Below the pieces are notes generated by a model, which ran no database searches, had not been told where the DNA came from, and saw only the letters and a list, made by a program, of their open reading frames with translations. Positions 35,588 through 45,324 of a stretch of 64,000 nucleotides of DNA are shown one piece after another. Position 1 is the first letter of the stretch; each line of letters starts with the position of its first letter. Location: assembly GCA_020891255.1 (NCBI GenBank), contig BQFW01000012.1:2418001-2482000 (forward strand), given 5' to 3'. The position numbers were made by a program, and so were the translations under genes. The DNA is from Entomortierella parvispora E1425 (taxonomy: Eukaryota; Fungi; Mortierellomycota).

Positions 35588-37143
35588 CTAATGGGGCCAT
35601 CCCTGTCGGAGTCGGCCAAATGTCTTTGTGATCCAGGCCCCGTCGTCCGCAACTAATGCACCCCGGTGACACACAATTTCCTCTAGACATTGCAACGACT
35701 TCAGTTGCGTCAATCCTCGATCCAGTCGAAATTCTAGTGGAAGAAGATCGGGCCGATTGATGAACTCCACACAGAGACCCCGCAGCTTCTTCAGACGAGC
35801 GAGTCGTGCAAAGATCAAACGACTATAGTAAATCCTCTGAGCGACTTCGACATCAATAGAACCTATAGAGATACCGACTCTCCACTGTTGTAGATCCATG
35901 CAGACCCAAGGTCGGCAACCATCACACTGGCTGGATTCCTGCAGGCAGGCGGAAGATGGTGAGCAAGGCAGCGCGAGATCAGAGACGAGGAGCAGCGATG
36001 CCACGATGGTCACAAGTCCCTCGCAATTGCACAGGATTGAATTCAACATGAGGCTGGTGACGTGCTTGCAGTTGTTCAAGTTCAACTCTGTCAACGTTCT
36101 TCCATGATGGCGCAACAACACTGCATGCGATTCCTGACCAAACTCTGACCTGATCCAGGTAACCGTCCTTAGACCACATGCCGACATTGAAGCGAAAACA
36201 GTTCCGATCTTCTTGTCGTCCATATCGGGGTAATTTAAAACTTGACAGCTGTGAGATGTTGCCAGATAGGCCGAGGAGGATCGTTGCCTGCTGAATACGG
36301 TATCAAAGGAGGGAACCCATGGACCTGAATATTGTGATCGATATACTTGTTCCCGAATAGAGTGAGGCTTTTGAGGTCAGGCGAACGAGTCGCAATCCCA
36401 ACCAGCTGCTTGTATGATTCTGGGTCGAGGCGCGAAAGGATAAGGATGAATTTCTGAAGCTTGAACTGTCTTTCACCAGATTCCTGATACCGTTGCTTTT
36501 GCTCCAGCGCAGCTTCTGTACCATCTACCAGTTCAACAGAGCGGATCGAAAGATCCTCCAGACACGGCTGGGTGCACATCATCCAGAAGAGCCTGTTTGC
36601 TTTAAGTCCACTGAATCTTAATAAGCCGAGGACCAACGCTCTCAATCCTTGCATGACTCTGTGACAGAACCAAGTGTCGGTGTCGTGGATGGTCAAGTTG
36701 CGTAGTGTAACCTTGTACAGCGTCTTTTCATGTCGCTGGATTAGAATACTGACCAACGCAAATAGGTCGGCCCAGCCGCTTCTGTGGTCAAGATTGCTCC
36801 GGATCTCAATTTCCTTCAGTCGTGGATAGGTGAAATATGAGAAAAGGGCAGGAATGTTCTCTTCCATGTTGGCCTCCCGTTCAAACACGAGAGACTTGAC
36901 AAAACGTGTGTTTTTTTGAAGGACATTAGTCGGGGGATTATTTTTAAACACATCTGTAGAAAATATCATTTCCTCCCACATAAGAGGCCGAAAGGCCTCG
37001 TTGAAGGCCTTGGAGACAAGGCAGCAAGATAAGATGGAGGGGAAATCTCCTTGAAGGTAGGGGTGGATCATGTTCACGATTTCTGGTAGGTCGAAGGGAC
37101 TGAGGCGGAGCCGCAGACACTGCTGGTCTTGCTGAGTGGGCAT
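35588..37143 (-). pseudogene. F-box/LRR array copy C, single frameshift
   Basis: Start MPTQQDQQCLRLRLSPFDL at 37143. The frame stops at TAA 36235-36237, and homology resumes in ORF 35588..36223. Span is 1556 nt = 3n-1. This could be an assembly indel. Confidence 0.65.
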
Positions 37144-37342
37144 GCTCGAGAATGAGAAAAGGAGAATGAAGAGGGCAATGGAGACTGATGCATGACAGAA
37201 TGAACAAAAGTGGCCCGTGAGGCGGTGCTGAGTGGTGCTATTGGGGAAAACGAAAAAAAGGAGTAATGCATCATCATGCAATTTTATTGTTTGGGGAAAA
37301 GCGCAACTGTGCTTCACCAAGATCAAGAGCGAGTTGAGGCAA

Positions 37343-38950
37343 TCATAGCCGCCGCAATAGCTCCTTCTCCAGCCTCGAGAGTAATCTCTCGGACTCTGTT
37401 CCAAGTTTACTGAATGTCTTTGACATCCACGCCAAGTCCTCTGCAGACGATCCGTCCTGATAAAACTGAATGTCTTGCAGAAGTTGTAACGATTCCAATT
37501 GCACCAGTCCACGGTCCAGTCGAAATTCTAGTGGAAGGAGATCAGGTCGACCATCGACCTTCACATGCAGTCTCTGTAGTTTCTTCAGACCAGCGAGTCG
37601 TGCAAAGATCAAAGGACTGTGGTCAACCGCCTCTTCAACCCGTTGATCAGAACCTAAAGACAGGCCGATATCCCACTCTTTTAGATCCTTGCAAACCCAG
37701 GGCTGACAACCATCACACCGGCCTGATTCTTGCCGGCCGGAGGAGAAAGAGGAACAAGGGGGTATGAGATCAGAGGCCATAAGCAGCTGTGCTACGATGG
37801 ACACAAGCCTCTCGCAAGTGCACAGGATCGTATGTAGCATGGGGCTGGTAAGGTTTTTACAATGCCCCAAGTTCAGCGCTGTTAACGTCCTTCCATGGTG
37901 CTCTAACAACATATTTAGGGACTCTTGACCGAACTTTGACCCGTTCAAGCCGATCCTCCTCAGACCGCATGTCGATATAGAGGCGAGAACAGTCGCGATG
38001 TCTCTATCACTCATGTGGGGACATCGGTTAAGATCCACATCTGTGAGGTAGTGCCAGGTAGGTGGAGAAAGATTGCTGTTTGAATATTGATCTATCCATG
38101 GCGGGAAAACATGGTGTCGGTTGGTGGAGAACGCCCGTCCAATCCACGAGACAGAGAGCTCCATGAGATTGGGCGAACGTGTCATGATCGCGCCAAGTTG
38201 CTTATATGACTCTGGGTCGAATCGTGAAGATGAAATCAAGATCCCTTGGAGGTTTAAATGACCTCTAGCGAGATCCTTCGACTGTTGCTCTTGCTCCAGC
38301 TCTGTCTCTGTTCCATTTAACAACAAATCGACATCCATGACGATGAGTTTCTCCAAGCGTGGTTGGGTACACATTGCCCAGAACGCTCTCCTGGCCTCTA
38401 TTCCAAAGAATTTGAAGCTGATCAGGCACAACTCTCTTAACCCCTGCAAAGCGCTGACTTCCTTCACGAGTCGGAAACCAATGCCATCCAGGAGAAAGTT
38501 GCGTAAAATGACCGTTTGCAGCGTCTTCTCGTGTCGTTGGATCAGACCCTGGGAAGACCATTTGTCAAACAAGCCAGTCCAAGAGTTCTTTACGGAGTCC
38601 AGGACCCGAACCTCCACCTCCTTCAGTCGAGGATAGGTGAGCGAGGTGAATTGGGCAAGGATGTCCTCTGTGGCAAAACTGTCCCGTTTGAACTGTAGTG
38701 ACTTTACAAAATGAATATTTTCTTGAAGGGCTTCATATGAAGGTAGTCTTTTATCATTTTGGGTAGAGAATCTCAAGTGCTCCCACAAAAGAGGTCGAAA
38801 TGCTTGGTGCATGGCCTTGGAGACAAGACAGCAAGAGTAGATAGCTGCCCGATTTCCTTGAAGGTAGGAGCCGATTACACCCAAGGTATCAGGCAGCTCA
38901 AAGGGATTGAGGCGCAAGAGAAGCTGCTGCTGATCTTGAGGGACAGACAT
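37343..38950 (-). CDS. F-box/LRR protein, array copy D (intact, 535 aa)
   Basis: ATG at 38950 (MSVPQDQQQLLLRLNPFELP) is chosen by homology to A, B and C. Intronless, with the same domain layout as copy A. Confidence 0.85.
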   Translation of the reverse strand: MSVPQDQQQLLLRLNPFELPDTLGVIGSYLQGNRAAIYSCCLVSKAMHQAFRPLLWEHLRFSTQNDKRLPSYEALQENIHFVKSLQFKRDSFATEDILAQFTSLTYPRLKEVEVRVLDSVKNSWTGLFDKWSSQGLIQRHEKTLQTVILRNFLLDGIGFRLVKEVSALQGLRELCLISFKFFGIEARRAFWAMCTQPRLEKLIVMDVDLLLNGTETELEQEQQSKDLARGHLNLQGILISSSRFDPESYKQLGAIMTRSPNLMELSVSWIGRAFSTNRHHVFPPWIDQYSNSNLSPPTWHYLTDVDLNRCPHMSDRDIATVLASISTCGLRRIGLNGSKFGQESLNMLLEHHGRTLTALNLGHCKNLTSPMLHTILCTCERLVSIVAQLLMASDLIPPCSSFSSGRQESGRCDGCQPWVCKDLKEWDIGLSLGSDQRVEEAVDHSPLIFARLAGLKKLQRLHVKVDGRPDLLPLEFRLDRGLVQLESLQLLQDIQFYQDGSSAEDLAWMSKTFSKLGTESERLLSRLEKELLRRL

Positions 38951-39073
38951 GCCCAAGAGGAATGGAGGATGGAGAGCAGCAATGGAGATGCAATGAGATT
39001 GATGCATGGCACAACTGGAAGAAGTTGGACCGTGTGGCAGTGCTACAAAGGCTATCGAGATCAAATATTTTTT

Positions 39074-40841
39074 TTATTGCGTGTTGCGTCCAAAAGCAAT
39101 TAGGTGTCGACAGGCGGTGATAATGGCTACCTCCATCTCCTCCGTCAGCGCCGTGCACCCTTGCAGATCAATGTCCTTCAGCGTTCGTGCATGTCGTGAA
39201 ATCAACGCATCCGCGGCCTGATGACTGAATAGCACCTGTTGCAACTTCAACTCGGCCAAACTTCGCTGCAGCGACCTCAGAATTGCTCCGACTTGATCGT
39301 CCGGAAGTTGAGGCACCGTCAATTTGAACTTTGTCAAGCTAGGCCACGATAGGGTTCCACTGTTACCGTTCTCGTTGTCAGGGTCATCCTCAACAGGGAC
39401 AAGCGGACAATAACGTCGGGCATCCGAGGCTACGACGCCCCACTCGAGCGATTGCAAGTTGGGACAGCACTTGAGCCGATTTGCCAACTCTTCGGCAAAG
39501 ACACGCTTGACACATACAGCACGAAAGACAACCTTTTGTAATCTCAGGGGTGTTGGTGCCCAGGTCTTTTCCAGATGGGCCGGACGACGGTTCCCATGCG
39601 TAGACACGTTTTGCAGCGTGAGCTCTACGCAAGGCGCTGAAAAGATCACATCCAGATCCGAGATCCTGATGTTGTCCGTGATAGCCATGTCTGTCATCTC
39701 CAAACCCTGCAGCCGAGGCAAGTTCGCCAGAGTGCACCAGAATAAATCATTGTCGTCAGTGTGTGGTCTTCCCTTCAATCGTATCTGCCGCAAACTCTTT
39801 CCGTGGCGATTGACGAGATCAGTGATGACGGACCCAAAGTTGGTCTTGACCTCGAGTCTTGTCAAGTGCGGATAGTCCAGCAGAGCATACCGAACAGGGA
39901 CATCTCCCAACAGTGCCAGAGACCGTACCAAGCCTCTTTTCGCTACGATGTATCTGTACGGGGTCTGGGTTCCATGAAGTTGCAAATCACCCCAGATCAG
40001 GTGGATGAAGGACCGGTACCATGTCTTGCAAACACGAAGCGAGCAGCAGATGGACTCATTTCCTTGCATTTCAATATAAGGAGCAATCAGGAACAAGACC
40101 TCGGGTAGTTCGAGAGGGCTTGTACGACGTTCTGAGATTGACTTTTTGGCGAATGCTATGTGGATGGCAACAGCAATAGAATCGCCTGCCGCCAATCTGT
40201 GCACAAGAGTTTTGACAACTCTGATCCACACTAGCATGGCCTCTAGACGATTGATGGCTAGCCTTGACAGTCGGAGACAGAGTTCGTACCTCGCTATCGA
40301 GGTGTTGATGGTATAGGCAACCTAGAAGAGTCAACGGGTTGGAACAGGCATTAGATGAGCGGGACCAACCGAGGCATTGGGGGAGAAATCTTACCAAGGG
40401 AACCATGTCTTCCAAATGATTCACGGCGAGCTTGGACAGCCTGAAATAAAGCTCGGATATCATTGAAGTCAAGACGGCATAGGCAGCCTAGAGAAGAGAG
40501 ACGGGTTAGAACATGCGTTGGGACAAGGACTCGATAACAAAACAAGGATCAGCAAACAGGTTCCGTACCAAAGAAACCCTGATGGCGAGACGATTGACAG
40601 CCTGCTTGGACAGCTTCAGGCGCCACTCGGACATTATTGCGCTGAAGACATCATAGATGATCTGTAGAATAATGATGAGGTTGGAACAGGATTTGAAGGC
40701 GAGGACATTAAAACAAAGAGGGTAGGGGAGGAAGCTCACCATGGGAATAACGATTGCGAGCTGGATAATCATGACTATAAGGCCACCATCCTCAGATGAA
40801 CGGGAGGGACTGTATGTGCTTTCGATGGTTTGCTCTCGCAT
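39074..40841 (-). CDS. Divergent F-box/LRR protein E with N-terminal hydrophobic segment and three exon-encoded repeats
   Basis: Exons 40740-40841, 40569-40661, 40395-40487, 39074-40321 (512 codons). All introns are phase 0 GT-AG; the two introns between the repeats carry CTAAC/CTAAT branch sites. F-box SPLELPEVLFLIAPYI...VCKTWYRSFIHLIW. Confidence 0.72.
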
Positions 40842-41484
40842 GGGCTCAAGTAGGTGAGAAGGGTGTTGCAGAGTGGAGAGGAGGGCCTTGGCAAAGGACA
40901 AGAGGCGAAAAACTGTGGAAACGTGGCGTGGGGCATGGCTCAAAAAGACGTCACTTTTCAGCGCGGGTTCGTGCATGGTGTTGGGGCATGCATGCATGGA
41001 AGCGCGCGGTCCATGTCACCATGTCATCCCATCATGCATCCTCATCACCAGCAGGTGCTGTCCAAGAGTCGGGCGCAGTATGTCACCCATTACCGCATGA
41101 ATATCGTTACCTGTTGTGTCTGTGCTTCCCCAAAAGTTGTCCCGAGTACAAGAGCGAAGAACCTTTCGCAAGAACTCCACCCAGGACAAGGAAGGAGCGG
41201 GCAAAATGGCCCGCGAGAGACAGAATGGGTAGAACAGTGAACAAACACGCGCAAACACCTTTGCTGCAGGGGTGGACTACCCCCAGCGTGTGCAGTGTGT
41301 GCATGACGAACTCGGGAACAAGGACAGAGAGGCAAACCAGTCGAAGGACAAAGATGGATGAATCAATCAATCAAGGGCTTCAAGAAACACCACCCTTCTT
41401 TACAAGAAAAAGTAGTTTCTTCATCATCGCAGCAGCTGAGAGACGTGCTTTGCAATGAACTTCATTCTATTAGGCATCTATATT

Positions 41485-44395
41485 TTAACGCCGCTTGTCT
41501 TCCGGGAACCCGACTTCATCTTCAGATCCACTGAGCTCTGGAGTCATGGGCGGCGTGTGCGAAAAGACGTGTGAAAGCTCATGGGTCTTTTTGTTTGAGC
41601 CTTCAAAGAAATCGTCGTCCTGATCCACGTCCGTGTTGTCGTCGCTGCTCTCCATATCCAACTCTGACTTCTTTTCGTCAGCCTTTATGGCTGCAGGCGT
41701 AATCCCGCCTCCGGGCTTGAACCAGTGTCGACCCCAGATGCCGAAATAAGTCACACAAAGTCCCACGACCAGCACAAACGGTACAAGAGCGTAGTTCATG
41801 TTGGTGGCCGTAACTGGATACGCGGTCGGGCACAGGAACAAAGCTGAAGTCACTGTGATCCAGGTCGATGCAATCACGCCCACAGGGGTCGAGAATCGAC
41901 CCAGGTTGAATGGACCGGGCTCAAAGGTGTTACGGGCCAAGATGATGCGGCACAGAATTGGGATCAGGTAAGAGATGGAGGACGCGATCGTGTTGACAGA
42001 GACAATCGCGGAATAGGCAGTCTCGGACCAGATGTAAGGCAAGCCGAGTATGAAGCAGAACGCAATGTTGAACCAAACGGCTGCGACAGGCGACTTTTCC
42101 TTGTTGAGCTTGTGGAGGGTCTTGGACATGGGCTAATTAGAAGAAACGAGAATGAATTGAACGAGTGTTAAAATACATCCTGCAGAGTAACTTTCGCGAA
42201 TAAAAGTGTTGCATCAAAAAAAAAAAAAAAAAGGACTTACCAAAGCTCCGTCACGCGCAAAAGCATACACCATACGGGAACTTGCCAATGTCAAGGCACT
42301 CCCGCAAAAGAACTGAGCCCCCAAGATGATGACGATCAAAAAGATGGCCAGTCTCTCGCCTGCAGAATCCAAAAAGATCTGCGAGAGGGCCACGCCAACC
42401 TTTGGGTTGACGATCTGGCTCTCAAAGTCGGTGATGCAGAAGGTCATGCCAACCAAGAAGACCCAACCGACCACACTGGCCACGACAATGGCCATGATGA
42501 TTCCCATGGGTCCACCGTGCTGGGCATTCTGGGTCTCTTCCGACATGTGCGCGGCTGAATCGTAGCCAGAGAGGGTATATTGACTTTGGAGGAGACCCAG
42601 CATGAAGACGTAAAATCCAGAAGACCAGCCAGTGTTGTTGACCCATTCCGTGAACACGAACGCCGCCGACTGCTTCTCTGAGGTCGTGGCCAGGACAACA
42701 ATGACGATAATGGAGGTTCCAAAGACATGCCACCACACTATTTCATGAGTAGCTGTGTTAGTTTTCTTTGCTCGGAGATATGAAAGAACCACGAGATGCT
42801 TGATTATTTGTTCAACAAAACAAACCTGAAAGGTTGTTGAAGAGTCCATTGAGGCGAACGGTCATCGAATTGACGACGCCATGCAACAACAGGATACAGA
42901 CGTAGATCGCAAAGATCACGTAGGTATTGGGGCTATAGGACGAGGTCATGGAGATGAGAGAGCCCAAGAACTGCGCCATGGCGAGATCTGTACTAGCAAT
43001 TGCAACTATTGAGAGTACAAAAAAAAAGGTAAGTTTTTTACCGTCTGCACAGCTGAGCAACATTCCTCGAATCGGATCTTGTCCTCTGAAATGGAGCGAC
43101 TGTTGCTCCTGAAGGGACCCTTACCACACTGTTTGTTGTTTCCCGATCCCAATCAATTCCGAGCAAGACACGGGAATACACGCGGCACGAGGCAAAAGGG
43201 TGGAGAAGAGAGGAGAAAAAAGACGTTGTAGTTAGTCCTGCATTCGTCCTTTGTTAGTTGTCGTGGGAATCCTAAACAAGGTTAATGCGCCACCGCAGAT
43301 CAACAAAGCTCCTCGCTGATCAACAAAAAGAAGAATGTGAGAGCATGCACGCGTGCAACGCACCAGCCCTTTTCTTTCTTTCTTTCCAGATCCCACCAGT
43401 TGACCCCTCGACAGCTTTTTTTCCCTTTCTTTCACTCCTCAGTCTGTACGGTGTAGTAGTGAGCTGTCGTCCCCGTCCTTTTTCATGGCGTATGTTCCTT
43501 CCACAAGAATAAGGATCCAGAATCAACTCCTTTCGCTCGGTCTCCTCCCAAAAACAATAAGGCACGTCAAAGAGAGACTTTTTGCTGCTTTGTCCCATCA
43601 GGTACGTCCCTTGCTTCCAAAGAAACCAAAAAAGAACCTAGAACCGCTTTCCTTTTCCTGTGTCCATTGTTCCATTTGTTCATCTTACCAATCCAAGCCA
43701 GTTGGTGTAGCCAACGGTCCATGAGGCAATGGGAGCCCACCCTGCAGAACAGAGCCTTGTTGTCCAGACGTACAGTCCTCCTGAAGTTGGAAACGCAGAA
43801 CAGATCTCTGCCAGGGACAATCCGACCATGAGCGTAAAGAAACTAACAAGAAGCCAACCTAGCACAAGAAGGAGAATCAAGTTCAAGCACGGATGAGCCT
43901 TTCTGGTCTCTATTTGCCCATCAAGAGATCCATATCGATATTTTTTTTTCTTTCATCTTTTCTCACCCCAAATGACAGTCATTGGTCCTCCAGATTGGAG
44001 GGCTTCTCCGTACAGAGGAGTCAATCCTGCAAGGATGGAGCAGCAAGAGAAGGTCACGCCAAAGTTGCTGAAGGCCGAAAGAGACCGATCGAGAGACTGC
44101 AAGTGTGAGGAGGGTCAGAGGTTTCCATCGGGGGAAGGAGGGTATTTGCGGAGTAAGAGGCGGAGAGTTGTAGACGGGTAACAAAGAGAGCAAATCAGAT
44201 AACAGGTCAGTTTCCTGGGTATCGCGCTATCCCTCTTTGGGCAGACAAGGTAGAATGACCAGAAGTAGAGAGAGTCCTCCGAAGACAAGGAGGGAAGATC
44301 GTTACCTGTTTATAACCAAGCCTCTCGAGGACGATCCTGTCATGGTCGTACAAGGACCCTGCCTCGTCCAGGTGGTCGGCCTTTTCCTTTGACAT
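41485..44395 (-). CDS. APC-family amino acid/GABA/choline/polyamine permease
   Basis: Exons 44306-44395, 43967-44096, 43689-43858, 43125-43128 (microexon), 42826-43005, 42241-42737, 41485-42132 (573 codons). Motifs LERLGYKQ, FSNFGVTFS, SLAEICSAFPTSGGLY, GYDSAAHMSEET, SRMVYAFARDG and FEPGPFNLG. Confidence 0.9.
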
Positions 44396-44586
44396 GTGCA
44401 GGGTGAGTGATCCGTATTGGGAGAGAGAGATTGGTGTAGTGAAAGGAGAGTGTTGACGACACAGTTCTCGAGCAGGAGGACGGACAAGCAAGAGCTGTGG
44501 ACCTTGACTGGAGGAAAAGGAATGGAGCGAGGAATGGAGCTGAAGAAGAAAGGAATGGCGAAGAAGGGGAATGTCGGCCCTTTTTC

Positions 44587-44589
<3 letters not shown>

Positions 44590-44621
<32 letters not shown>
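44590..44621 (+). repeat. T32 homopolymer in the divergent permease/ALG7 intergenic region
   Basis: Direct count; a (TCGT)n tract also lies at about 44745-44781. Confidence 0.85.
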
Positions 44622-44622
<1 letters not shown>

Positions 44623-45324
44623 TTCTCCACGTCCCTCGCTGGGAAAGAAAAAAATTTTCTAAGTCACATCATTCGCAGGATGCTGCAGAAAAGAAAACAA
44701 AAGCATGGGAGCTGGGCCTGGTTGGCTGCTGTCTCCAGGAGCACTCGCTCGTTTGTTCTTTCGTTCGTTCGTTCGTTCGTTCCTTCTGTTTCTGCAGTAG
44801 GATGGATCTCTTGTGCGTGCAAGCGAGCCGTTAAGAGGACAAGAGGAGAGAACCGTAGTGGATCCAAGATCAAGTTCTACGTCTTGTAAGGGGTCAGAGT
44901 CGATTCTTATTGCTCAAGAGTACGCTTGAGATGGAAAGGAAGAACGAAGCTCTCTGCTACAAGCCATTGTTGCAAAACAAGAACAGTTAGAGCAAAGAAA
45001 GAGATGGATGTGAGGGTAGCATCCAATGTATCCTCTCCGTCCACAGCACAGCGAGAGTCGTGCAAACCAAAGGCTCTCACCATGGCCGTCAGATGAAGAT
45101 TGGTGGCCAACAAATCAAGGTCGCGCACGTGCATTTTCGCTCGTGGAGAAAAAGAGACCAAAGAAGCAAAAGAGGGGCATGCACGGATGCATGTCGCGAT
45201 CATCTCTCTTCATCTCGTCAGAACGCACTTCAACCAGGACTCGCTCGCGTTTGTTAGGATACCTTGGAACAACTCTGGACTAGGAACACGGCCGACAAAC
45301 AGGACCCCTCAGGTGCTAACAGCA

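Noticed and set aside
37144-37512. Upstream extensions of F-box ORFs C (to 37512) and D (to 39064) given by the ORF track
   Set aside because: Paralogue alignment places the starts at 37143 and 38950. The extensions run through the conserved leader and overlap the neighbouring gene end.
43036-43050. Alternative microexon candidate CAG|ACG|GTAAAA in the permease
   Set aside because: Three nucleotides do not fix the phase mismatch, and it would leave an implausibly short downstream intron.
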